NCBI RefSeq assembly: GCF_009914755.1 | Contig: NC_060927.1 | Length of the DNA: 64,000 nucleotides | Reading direction: 5' to 3' (one strand) | Source of the DNA: the human T2T-CHM13v2.0 reference genome, Homo sapiens | Shown: piece after piece, positions 14,101 to 25,900 of the stretch | Numbering within the stretch: position 1 is the first letter of the stretch | Layout of the letters: the number at the start of each line of letters is the position of its first letter | Translations under genes and position numbers: made by a program | Notes under the pieces: generated by a model | Database searches by the model: none | What the model was told of the DNA's origin: nothing | What the model saw: the letters and a program-made list of their open reading frames with translations, nothing else

Positions 14101-14939
14101 ATTGTGTGTTCTCATTGGTTTCAAAGAACTTATTTATTTCTGCCTTAATTTCATTATTTACCCAGTAGTCATTCAGGAGCAGGTTGTTCAGTTGCCATGT
14201 AGTTGGGCGATTTTCAGTGAGTTTCTTAATCTTAACCTCTAATTTGATTGCACCAGGGTCCGGGAGACTGTTATGATTTCTGTTCTTTTGCACTTGCTGA
14301 GGAGTGTTTTACTTCCAATTCTGTGGTCAATTTTAGAATAAGTGTGATGTGGTGCTGAGAAGAATGTATATTCTGTTGATTTGGGGTGGAGAGTTCTGTA
14401 GATGTCTATTAGGTCTGCTTTGTCCAGAGCTGAGTTCAAGTCCTGAATATCCTTGTTAATTTTCTGTCTCGTTGATCTGTCTAATATTGACAGTGGGGTG
14501 TTAAAGTCTCCTACTATTAATTGGGTGGGAGTCTAAGTCTCTTTGTAGGTCTCTAAGAACTTGCTTATGAATTGGGTGCTTCTGTATAGGGTGCCTATAT
14601 ATTTAGGGTAGTTAGCTCTTCTTGTTGCATTGAACCTTTTACCATTATGTAATGCCCTTCTTTGTCTTTTTTGATCTTGGTTGGTTTAAAGTCTGTTTTA
14701 TCAGAGGCTAGGATTGCAGGATTGCAACCCCTGCTTTTTTTTTTTTCTTGGTAGATATTCCTCCATTTCTTTATTTTGAGCCTATGTGTGTCTTTGCATG
14801 TGAGATGGGTCTCCCGAATACAGCACACCAATGGATCTTGACTCTTTATTCAATTTGCCAGTCTGTGTCTTTTAACGGGGGCATTTAGCCTGTTTACATT
14901 TAAGGTTAATATTGTTATGTGTGAGTTTGATCCTGTCAT
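11146..14939 (-). pseudogene. L1 ORF2 relic (EN/RT/Cys-rich), multiply disrupted
   Basis: Start atgacaggatcaaactcacac at 14939. ORF-track pieces [60 protein letters not shown] lie in different frames. Confidence 0.93.
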
Positions 14940-15002
14940 TATGATGCTAGCTGGTTATTTTGCCCGTTAGTTGATGCAGATTCTTCATAATGTCAATGGC
15001 CT

Positions 15003-16323
15003 TTACAATTTGGTATGTTTTTGCAGTGGCTGGTACTGCTTTTTCCTTTTTGTATTTAGTGCTTCCTTCAGAAGATCTTGTAAGGCAGGACTGGTGGTGA
15101 CAAAATCTTTCAGCATTTGCTTTTCTGTGAAGGATTTTATTTCTCCTTCACTTATGAAGCTTAGTTTGGCTGGCTCTGAAATTCTGGGTTGAAAATTCTT
15201 TTCTTTAAGAATGTTGTGCCAGGCACCGTGGCTCATGTGTGTAATCCCAGCACTTTGGGAGGCTGAGGCTGGCAGATCACCTGAGGTCAGGAGTTCAAGA
15301 CCAGCCTGACCAACATGGGAAAACTCCATCTCTACTAAAAATACAAAATTAGCCAGCTGTGGTGGCACATGCCTGTAATCCCAACTACTTGGGAGGCTGA
15401 GGCAGGAGAATCGCTTGAACCCAGGAGGTCAGGTTGCGGTGAGCCGAGATCTTGCCATCATACTCCAGCCTGGGCAACAAGAGTGAAACTCCATCTCACA
15501 CAAAAAAAAGAATGTTGAATATTGGCCCGCACTCTCTTCTGGCTTGTAGTGTTTCCGCAGAGAAATCCACTGTTAGTCTGATGGGCTTCCCTTTGTGGAT
15601 AACCCGACCTTTCTCTCTGGCTGCCCTTAACGTTTTTTTCATTCCTTTCAACCTTGGTGAATCTGATGATTACGTGTCTTGGGGCTGCTCTTCTCGAGAA
15701 GTATCTTTGTGGTGGTCTCTGTCTTTCCTGAACTTGAATGTTGGTCTGTCTTGCTAGGTTGGGGAAGTTCTCCTGGATAATATCCTGAAGAGTGTTTTCC
15801 AACTTGGTTCCATTCTCCCCATCATTTTCAGGTACACCAGTCAAACATAGGTTTGGTCTTCTCACATAGTCCCATATTTCTTGGAGGCTTTGTTCATTCC
15901 TTTTCATTCATTTTTCTCTAATCTTGTCTTCATGCTTTATTTCATTAAGTTGATCTTCAATCTCTGATATCCTTTTTTCCACTTGATCGATTTGGCTATT
16001 GATACTTGTGTATGCTTCACAAAGTTCTTGTGCTGTGTTTTTCAGCTCCATCAGGTCATTGATGATTTTCTCTAGACTGGTTATTCTAGTTAGCAATTCT
16101 TCTAACCTTCTTTCAAGGTTCTTAGTTTCCTTGCAGTGGGTTAGAATGTGCTCCTTTAGCTCGGAGGAGTTACCCACCTTCCGAAGCCTACTTCTGTCAA
16201 TTCGTCAAACTCATTTTCCATCCAGTTTTGTTTCCTTGCTGGCGAGGAGTTATGATCCCTTGGAGGAGAAGAGGTGTTCTGGTTTTTGGAATTTTCAGCC
16301 TTCTTGTGCTGGTTTTTCCTCAT
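15003..16323 (-). pseudogene. L1 ORF1 relic, frameshifted and Alu-interrupted
   Basis: ATG AGG AAA AAC CAG at 16323; pieces MKRNEQSLQEIWDYVRRPNL and [27 protein letters not shown]. Confidence 0.92.
15217..15507 (+). mobile_element. AluSp-type inserted in L1 ORF1
   Basis: Perfect TSD aagaatgttg (15207-16 / 15508-17); diagnostics ctgaccaacatgg, gttgcggtgagc, gcaacaagagtgaaactcc. Confidence 0.93.
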
Positions 16324-18895
16324 CTCCCTGGATTTATCTGCCTTTGGTCTTTGATGTTGGTGACCTTTGGATGGGGTTTTTGTGTGGACATCGTTTTTGT
16401 TGATGTTGATGCTATTCCTTTCTGTTTTTTAGTTTTTCTCCTAACAGGCAGGCTTCTCTCCTGCAGGCCTGCTGGAGTTTGCTGGAGGTCCACTCCAGAC
16501 CCTGTTTGCCTGAGTATCACTAGCAGACACTGCAGAACAGCAAAGATTGCTGCCTGCTCCTTCCTCTGGAAGTTTCGTCCCAGAGGGGCACCCGCCAGAT
16601 GCTAGTGGAGCTCTCCTGTATGAGGTGTCTGTTGACCCCTGCTGGGAGGTGTCTCCCAGTCAGGAGGCACAGGGGTCAGGGACCCACTTGAGGAGGCAGT
16701 CTGTCCCTTAGCAGAGTTTGAGTGCTGTGCTGGGAGATTCGCTGCTCTCTTCAGAGCTGGCAGGCAGGAACATTTACGTCTGCTGAAGCTGCACCCACAG
16801 CCGCCTCTTCCGCCAGGTCCTCTGTCCCAGAGAGGTGGGAGTTTTATCTGTTAGCCCCTGACTGGGGCTGCTGCCTTTCTTTCAGAGATGCCCTGTCCAG
16901 AGAGGAGGAATCTAGAGAGGCAGTCTGGCTATGGCAGCTTTGCAGAGCTGTGGTGGGCTCTGCCCAATTCGAACTTCCCAGAAGCTTTGTTTATACTGTG
17001 AGGGGAAAACCACCTACTCAAGCCTCAGTAATGGTGGACGCTTCTCCCCACACCAAGCTTGAGAGTCCCAGGTCGACTTCAGACTGCTGTGCTGGCAGCA
17101 AGAATTTCAAGCCAGTGGATTTTAGCTTGCTGGGCTCTGTGGCGGTGGGATCCACTGATCCACTTGGCTCCCTGGCTTCAGTTCCCTTTCCAGGAGAGTG
17201 AACAGTTCTGTCGCTGGCCTTCCAGGTGTCACTGGGGTATGGAAAAAAAAAAAAAAAAAAAAAAAACCTTCTGCAGCTAGCTTGGTGTCTGCCTAAATGG
17301 CTGCCCTGTTTTGCGCTTGAAACCCAGGGCCCTGGTAGTGTCAGCACTCGAGGGAATCTCCTGGTCTGTGGGTTGTAAAGACCATGGGAAAAGCATAGTA
17401 TCTGGGTTGGAATGCACCATTCCTCATTGCACAGTCCCTCATGGCTTCCCTTTGGTGGGGGAGGTTGTTTTCTCACCCCTTGAGCTTACCGTGTGAGGTG
17501 ATGCACCCCCCCTGCTTTGGCTCGTGCTCTGTGGGCTGCACCCACTGTCTAACCTGTACCAAAGAGATGAGCCAGGTACCTTAGTTGGAAATGCAGAAAT
17601 CACCCACTTTCTGCATTGATCTCACTGGGAGCTGCAGACCTGAGCTGTTCCTGTTAGGCCATCTTGCCAGCCACTCATATTTTACTTTTAAGTGATTAGG
17701 TTGTTTGGGAGAAATGGTGATTTAATGGAAAACTTATCCATGTTTACATATTTTAAAATTAGATTTATAAATGAAGATTTTCAAATATGTACAAAAGTAG
17801 AGAGAATAGTGTAATATACCATAATTCAGTGTTGATGATTTTCCTTATTTATTGATCTTGTTGCTTCTATCTTCTCACTTTTTTGGGAGGAGGGAATAGG
17901 CTAGAACATTTTAAAGCATATCTTAAATGGCATATAATTTCTTGTGTATATGCATCTTTTACATATAAAGGCTGTTTTAAAAATGAGTTGCTGCTTTATA
18001 GTTTCTTCTTTAGAAACATATAAGATTAAAGATAAAAGAAATAGAATAGGGAAATAGCCTAGCTATAGAAACAGCACTTTTAAATTTCATATGTACAGTG
18101 ATTTATTATTTGCAAATCATCTACTTTTTAAAAGTATGATACTTTATTATTTGCAAATTATTTAATTTTTAAAAGTGATTTTTGTGGGAGGTCAGAGTTG
18201 GATGGAGAAGGGTCATTTTCATTTTTGATTAGAGGATTCTTGTAATGACCTGATGAAAACTGCTCTGAGGGCATCTTCAGCTGGAAAGTATGTATTACTA
18301 CTTTCTGTAATCAGGGTCAGCCACCAGTGTCTCCCAGGAGCACAGCAAGTAGTCATTTCCCAGCTCTATTATAAATCACTAAGTAATCACACTGCAGTGT
18401 CTTAAACCCATAGAGTTGACAGATATGCCTGGTATTCCCCTTATATGCCGTGACCATTCAAACTAGGGGGTCAACTTGGACTCAAAGTAAGCTGACTGAA
18501 AAATGGGCAGCATACGAATACCAGGAAAGTGAAATTGAAGTCACACTTATTAAATAATCTAGATCACATTTGCCAAACAAAGTGTTCACTGTGGATCTGA
18601 AACATGTAAAAATAAATGGAAAAGTAGAGGAAGGCTTCAGGGATGCTTGAGCTGTTTCTAACATGGCATGTATAAATTGCCACACCCACTGTCTTCTGCC
18701 CACTGGCGGCAAATCCTTTGTGTTCTCATAGGTCAAAAGAGGACTCAGGAAATGGAAGTAATTATTTTTCCCATGAGCAAAGAAGAGTTGATTTCATTAT
18801 ATTATTTCTTGGAACTTGTCTGTTATTTTCATATTTTATTTATGTGGCAAAGAAGATATCTTCTAAGACATGCATATTATAAGAAGTTGAGGTTA

Positions 18896-19039
18896 TTTTT
18901 TGTTTGCCTGTTTGCTTTTTTTTCGCGACAGACTCTTGTTATGTTGTCTAGGCTGGTTTCAAACTCCTGGCCCCAAGCAGCCTTCCTTCTTCAGCCTCCC
19001 AAGTAGCTGGGATTACAGGCGTGTGCCACCACACTTACC
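18896..19039 (-). mobile_element. FLAM_A-type Alu monomer
   Basis: aggctggtttcaaactcctgg...cagcctcccaagtagctgggattacaggc. Confidence 0.8.
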
Positions 19040-19368
19040 CAGCGGAGTTGGGGTTGTTAAGCTACTTTTGAGAATCGTTGTATTCTGCAATGAATAAAGA
19101 TGGGTTTGCCCAAAAGAAATTTTTTTCCTCAAGTAAAGCATTGGCACTAAAAGGCTCCTCTTGACAATCTGTTTATAGCTATTCTCACAATTAAGTGTGG
19201 AGAATTAGATTAATTCCATTGAAATCATAAATGCACTGCAATCTGTAGATTATCAGTTAGTTTAGATAAACACCACTGATTACTGTTGAATTATGCATAC
19301 AAATATTTATAGCATCTTGTATAAGGTACTTGTAAAAATAAATAATGATTATAATAATAAAGATTTAG

Positions 19369-19732
19369 ATCTGGGTGTGGTGGCTCATGCCTGTAATCCC
19401 AGCACTTTGGGAGGCCAAGTGGGGAGGATCACTTGAGGCCAGAGTTCAAGACCAGCCTGAGCAACATAGTGATTGGTATTAGGTCTTCTTCACATGTTTG
19501 GTAAAAATTCAGCAATGAAACCAGTAAGCCCCAGGCTATTCTTCTCAATATCTACAAACAAAACAAAAAAGTTAGCCAGGTCTTCGATGTGTGCCTGTAG
19601 TCCTAGCTACTTGGGAGTCTGAGGTGGGGGGATTGCTTAAGCCCTGGAGGTTGAGGCTGCAGTGAGTCGTGATTGCTCTGCTACACTCCAGCCGGGGTGA
19701 TGGAGCCAAGACCTTGTCTCAAAAAAAAAAAA
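19369..19732 (+). mobile_element. AluJ interrupted by a ~71-bp L1 fragment
   Basis: AluJ diagnostics (ggatcacttgagg, caacatagtga, gaggctgcagtgag); TSD-like aaagatttag / aaagactgag. Confidence 0.9.
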
Positions 19733-20666
19733 AGACTGAGTACTTAAATTTCTATATCTTTTTCCATCTTGAAAGGAATATTTTCCAACTGGTTTAATAC
19801 TGTTGTTTAATAAGAATAAGATATATCCTTAAATTAAACAACAGTATTAACCAGATTTTGAGATGCAATGTTAGCCACATTTATTTCCCTTTAGCCTTCA
19901 GAAAAATCTAAGTTTAGATACCAATTCTTTGTTTCCTGGATAAATTTCTCCATTTTTCTTTATATATTTCTGCTCAGAACTCATACTGTCAGGCCGGTAT
20001 CATACCCATGGTATCTTATATTCCAACTATAAGATGCATGAATATATTAATAAGTTTTTAGTTTTAAGTGTAGTATGACATACTTTACAAAAGTTTTCAA
20101 GTTCAGAAATAGTTTCTATTTATGATAGAAATATTTAAAATGTAAGATTTTTTTCTTGAGAAAAGACTATATTTTGTTAACTTTTTCGGATTATACAAGT
20201 ATTTGACTCAGATGTCTCAGAAAAGTCTCACATATTATCTCGAGGAAACATACATTGAATTATGCTTTAATTGTTTATCTCCATTGTTTTAATCTTTTGT
20301 CTAATACAGTGATATAGTTTTCTCTTCATAGTTAGACTCTCTTAAAAAAGAAGCTCTTGAGAGTGTAGTTATGTGTGGTTCATCCGTAAAATAAGAAGCT
20401 GTTTTAGAAGTAAAATGTGATGTTTATGGTGGACAAGACTTGCTGACTAATGGTTGTTGGAAATTTTCCATTTGTCAGATTGTTATGTAGATGATCATAT
20501 ATTAAATATAGCTAAGAGGAGAGCAAAAGCCCAAGGAATCTAAAGAACATTTTTTTTTGGCTAATAGTATGTTTTTAGGAATAAGAGCTGCTGTAAAGAA
20601 TGCAGAAGCCTCATGTCATTAGCTGCACGTCCATCTCCTAGCAGATGAGCTGAGGGGTGCCACGCA

Positions 20667-20742
20667 CTCTCTCTATATATATACGCACACACACACGTGC
20701 ATGCGCACACACACACATACACACACACATACATATATATCT
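20667..20742. repeat. Compound (CT)(TA)(CA)n microsatellite
   Basis: Direct reading. Confidence 0.9.
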
Positions 20743-21269
20743 CTTCTTGGGGAAAATGGGTCTCGCTGCTTCACCTGAAGTCTGCATGCTTTTTGTTCCC
20801 TATTTTTTGCTAGTTTCATTTCCTCACTTCCTCTTTTCCCTTTTGTTCCCTTTTCCCCGTACTTCCCCTAGACTTAAAATGTTACATGAAGTTGAGTTTG
20901 TGGCTAGTGATTTACATGCGAACTTGTTGTTTTAAAACAAAGCCCCAAAACTGTGGCAGTGAGGATAATACAGCAAAAACAGTGAGGCTATTCCAAGTAG
21001 TTGAAAGATTTTCATTGTGAGTGAGAAGCCATTAATGATGGTTGTGGTTGTTCCTTTTTTCAAAGGTTTTCTCATTTTTGATAAGATGATATTTTACTAC
21101 ATTTAATAGAATTATGCTTAGATAAGATGCTTTTTTCATTGAATTGGCCTGGTCCTTGTTTTTATGTGGGCCTTTGAATCTGGGTTGATTTGAAACTACC
21201 TACTGCTGTCCTCTATACTGTCTGCAGAGACCTGAACCTGTAGATCATATAGAAGTCGTGTAATAGCTA

Positions 21270-21495
21270 GGACCCATCAGGTGGTTATAGAACCGAAATT
21301 AAATTCAAGCCCCAACACCTCCACTCGTCAGCCATAGACCGTTAGTAAATTAACCTGTTAATTTATATTGTATTATCTCTTATTTGGGGACAATAAAAGG
21401 CCTATTGAATAGAATTTTAGGGTCTAATACATGTGAAGCTCTTAGAACTGTGTATAGTACACATTATATAGCAAGAAATGTTTGTTGTCATTATG
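21270..21495 (+). mobile_element. MIR
   Basis: 3' end atacatgtgaagctcttagaactgtgtatagtacac...aaatgtttgttgtcatta. Confidence 0.6.
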
Positions 21496-21728
21496 TGTTC
21501 AAAGGCAAATTGTTGATGGAATTGAAACCTATATTGTGACACACATTAACATATTTGGAGGCCACATTCATGTTTCAGAATCTTTGGTATTGTTTAAAAT
21601 TATTTAACATTGAGTAAATTAACTGACTTCTACAGTGACCTAAATTTGATCTATGATCAGATCTATCATGTTAATCTATTGTTTCATAATAGGTTGAGCT
21701 ATCAAATGATGGACACAAGGATAAGGTA

Positions 21729-21939
21729 TAGGAAATCTTCGCTTACTGTCTTCCGTGGATTCTTGGAAACTATGACTTGACATGAAATGGAGTATAACAA
21801 AACCAATTGTTTTTCTCATTAGTGTTATAACTAAATGACCTTGAAGGAAACGATATTATTTGAGGACCTGCTGTATATTGTTTTATGTAAAGTAACAGTT
21901 TCTAAGAACCTATTGGTGATGTTAAGTGAGGACTAACTA
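21729..21939. mobile_element. MER6B-like Tigger MITE with long TIRs
   Basis: TA flanks; arms ttcttggaaactatgactt ... aagtaacagtttctaagaacc...ttaagtgaggactaac; internal ttatttgaggacctgctg. Confidence 0.8.
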
Positions 21940-21955
21940 TATTAAGAATGTTTCA

Positions 21956-22236
21956 GGCCATGTGGGATGGCTCATTCCTGTAATCCCTGTGCTTTGAGAA
22001 GCCAAGGCAGGAAGATTGCTTGAGGCCAGGAGATCGAGACCAGCCTGGGCAACATAGCAAGACCTCATCTCTACAAAAACAAAACAAAACAAAAAAACAA
22101 TTCACTAGGTGTGTTTTCTAGCTACTTGGGAGGCTGAGGTGGGAGGATCACTTGAGCCTAGGAATTAGAGGCTGAAATGAGGCACAATTTCACCACTGCA
22201 CTCCAGCCTGAGTGATAAAGCAAGACTCTATGTCTA
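21956..22236 (+). mobile_element. AluJ
   Basis: gattgcttgaggccaggag...caacatagcaagacc; (CAAAA)n linker. Confidence 0.9.
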
Positions 22237-22611
22237 TTTTTTTTAAAAATTAATGTATGTTCTAGCTACTCAAGAGAGATATAGTAATGTACTTTTTAAA
22301 AATATTTCTATTTTGCATGATAGCTCCTACCAAGAAACGGGTACAATATAATGCAACAACATGTTTTTAATGCTACCTCTCTATATTTATTTAGGTAGGT
22401 AATAGTATATTTCTACCTGGTATTTATGTAATAGCTAGACAGCTTTTTGCAAAAATCTTTTTAAATGTACTTATATCATTACTTTTTCCTTTGAAAGATT
22501 TTCTCTTTGAAATCTTCCAAGGCTTTTTACAATTCCAATAATATCAAGAAATCATACCCAAGATACTATTTTGCATCATTATTGAAACAGGAGTTTTACT
22601 TTTTATCCTTA

Positions 22612-22916
22612 TGTTATTTATTTATTTTATATTTAGAGACAAGGTCTTGCCCTGCTGCCCAGGGTGGGATACAATGGTGCAATCATGGCTCACCGCAGCC
22701 TCAACCCATCAGGCTCAAGCAAACCTCCTATCTCAGGCTCTCAAGTACCTGCAACTACAGGCACATGCCACCATGCCTGGCTGATAATTGCATTTTTTTA
22801 GAGATCAGGTGTCACTATGTTGCTCAGGCTGGTCTCACACTCCTGGGCTTAAGTGAGTCCCCCTCCTTGACCTCCCAAAGTGGTAAGATTACAGGTATGA
22901 GCCACCATGCCTGGCC
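22612..22916 (-). mobile_element. AluJ
   Basis: caatcatggctcaccgcagcctcaa...ggctcaagc...gagccaccatgcctggcc. Confidence 0.9.
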
Positions 22917-25900
22917 TGAAGTTTAAAATGTATGTTTGTAGTAGACTGAATACTCTATCAACTATATTTTGATTTGTAAAAGGGTCATCCTGCATGTTTA
23001 ACATTAACAAATAATCTCAAACTAGATTAGAAGCAATGGAAATTAATTAAAAATTTGTCATATAAAGTCACCACTGACATTTTTGATAATTACCCTTGGG
23101 TTTCTCTTGGCAAATTGATAGACTCTACACTGAAGCAGGAACTCCTATATATTTAGCTCTCTGCTTTTAATGTGGCTATTTCTGAAAAATATTATCAGAG
23201 TTTTCTGTCAACCAATGATCATTAATATTTGGTGATTACAGCATTTTCCCTTGGAATAGAAACCACCTATGGAGGTGTACAGCTTTTCTTACAGGTTTAA
23301 ATATTAAAACTATTTTAGCCTTTCTTTGGAACTATTTTGACTATGAGTTATATTTTTGGAAAAATATATTTTCCTTTCTTGGGGACCTTTCCAAATTGTT
23401 CAGAATTGTCTTCATTAAATTAAAGCACTTCTGTTTATGCATTTCAGATGCGTGTGCATGTCACTACACGTTCTTATAAGCACTGACGTAATACTTTCTC
23501 CTTCTGAATATTGATATGTTTTTGTTTGGCATTACACAGGCAGAATCTCAAAAATTTTCTAAATGACATCTACATTTAATAATTGCTGCAAATATTGTTG
23601 TAGAATCATGAGGTTGCAGTAGGGTTTTGTTTTGTTTTTGAGAAGTTTTAAAATTTGTCTTATTTTGCATTTTTTTTCCCTTTAGTTAAAGATTCAGATG
23701 AACAATGAGTCAGAAGATAGGTTAAGCTTTTCCGCCTCTGCTCCATTGGAATGAGATAGACTAATTTCCTTGGGATAGATGGAGGCTATTTATATAGGAT
23801 GTTTATACTATAAGGCAATTAAATACTTACTAAGTAGATATAATTTCTAAAAGTAAAACAGAACCTAGAACCACAAGACTGCTATTCCTAGCCCAGATAA
23901 ATTAATATTAATTCTAAACCTCAAAGATCTTCTTAAAGATTGCTAGATATGAAGATTTTTATACCATTGCTCAGTAGTACATAACAGGTTGTATAACCTT
24001 GTGATGAAGAAATTTTCCTTCCCTATTCGTCACTTACTGTTAGGTTCTCTGTATTTGGAAAGTCTCCTTTTGTTACAGATTTGAAGTTTGAAGATGCATC
24101 ATAAAGTCTAAAAGTAGGAAATGCCCACAGAATTTAACATTAACAGTTGTAGAACATATTGAATACCTAAAATACAGTGTCTGAGTGATTAGAGAAAGAA
24201 AGTGGAGTATTTTGAGAATTTGACACGCTCCTTATCTTCCAAATTGCTCAAATCTGTTTCCTTGTATCTAAACTCAAAGTTTATGGTAAGGTCTAAACGG
24301 GCATTGAGCCAGATAGAATGGAGAGAATGAGAAGAAAAGGGGAATCGACAGGGAAACAGCATGAATGGAAAAACTTTCCAATTGTTAATTGATTACTAGA
24401 TGTAAGCCCCTAAAGAGGTATTGAAAGAGGTTTTACAGCTTTTGCTTCATTATCCTTACCTTCAAAACCTTGGCTAAATGTGTCCAGAGTATTTTGAGCT
24501 CAGAGTATGAGCTGAAAAGAGTAATATTTCAGATACCTTAATACATTATATTTAGCCCTTTATGTGGGAGTTACTGCATTTTCACATTATGTACTTTAAC
24601 ACAACTTTAAACATTTCCTATATTGAGTTTTTTTTTTAAAAAAGGCACTTCTGATTACGTATTTCAAATGTGTGTGGATGCCACTACACATTTTTCTAAG
24701 CACTGAGTTAATATTTTTCCTTGTGAATATTCACATTTTTGTGGCACTACACACACAGACTCTGAATAATCGAACTATTCACAAGCCAATTCTAAGTTAG
24801 AATATCTTTTAATTTTTGTTATGTTTTGTTTTTGTTAATAGCAAGTTCTTATACCTTAATATTTGAGAAACACACAGTTAATAAAACAGAAGGAGGGGCA
24901 GCAATAAGATAAACTGGCTTTGCTTCATCAAATTATCTTGTTTTTAGACAAATCCAAATGGCAACAACCATGCATCTTTTCTCAAACTAAGATTTTATAA
25001 TAGATGTTTTCATTATAACAAGTTGTATATCTACATTTCATTTATATAAAAGGCAGCTCTAAACTCTGACTACATTCAAAGTTACTTGTAACAAAGACTG
25101 GATTGTAATATGAACACATCTGGATTTGGGGAAATGTGTACAAATATGGCTATATGTAAAGGTAGCAGCAGTTTATAGCTTTCCTTATTAGACTTCTGTC
25201 TATATACTTCAGGCAGGAGTAGAAAAAGCCCATGGCATATTGAGCTAGTATGTGTCCTTACTTGCTAAAAACAAACAAACAAACAAAAAAAAGTAAAAAC
25301 AAACGCTGTCCATAAGTGCACACTATTCTGTAAAGAAAAATTCCTATTTACAGTTAAAATATTTTAAATTTTAAAACAACATAAAAATGTGAATACATTT
25401 TGGTTACTTTTTGGAATATTAAAGCAGAATAGATAAATGTGTCTGTGTCGTTTCCTGGAAAATCATTTGTTAAAAAACTCATTTTGGTAATTATCTAGTA
25501 ATTCTATAGTTAGCAAAATTTTATTTTATATTTCTATATTCATATTTCTATGAAAATTGTTCTTAATTTAACATGCCAATAATTCTTTTCATTCACATGT
25601 TAATTTCCACACCTGTTTCTATGAAATGTTTGTTTTTAATTTTTCTGATTAAAAAATGTTATCTAGTTTAGCTTTGTAACTTAGAGTGAGAAAAGGCTAT
25701 GGTTTGTTCTCTGAAATGCTTAACTTACTTTCAAACTGATTAAATCAGCCAAAGAATTTGAAGGGTTTAGCTATTAGATGTCAAATAATTGCTTGATTAA
25801 CCTATACTTCAGTTTTTCAACTGTTCTTTTGACATATTAACCTGCTTCAGTGCAGGGAACAAATTTTTGAGGCTGGGGACATAGTAGGTGTTTGGCGTCT

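Larger units (their letters stand above)
10948..17676 (-). mobile_element. Full-length inactive LINE-1 (L1PA7-type), ~6.4 kb plus nested Alu
   Basis: 3'UTR taagttctgggatacatgtgcagaa at left; ORF2 and ORF1 relics; 5' end (rc) ggctggcaagatggcc...cagctc...ctgcagctccc at 17676. Degenerate TSD acatttggctttt (10935-47) / atattttactttt (17677-89) followed by AA (L1 endonuclease site). Confidence 0.95.

Noticed and set aside
11513-16605. RT/endonuclease/ORF1-like ORFs suggesting an active element or novel system
   Set aside because: They are fragments of one L1 with many frameshifts, stops and an Alu insertion, so the element is not retrotransposition-competent.
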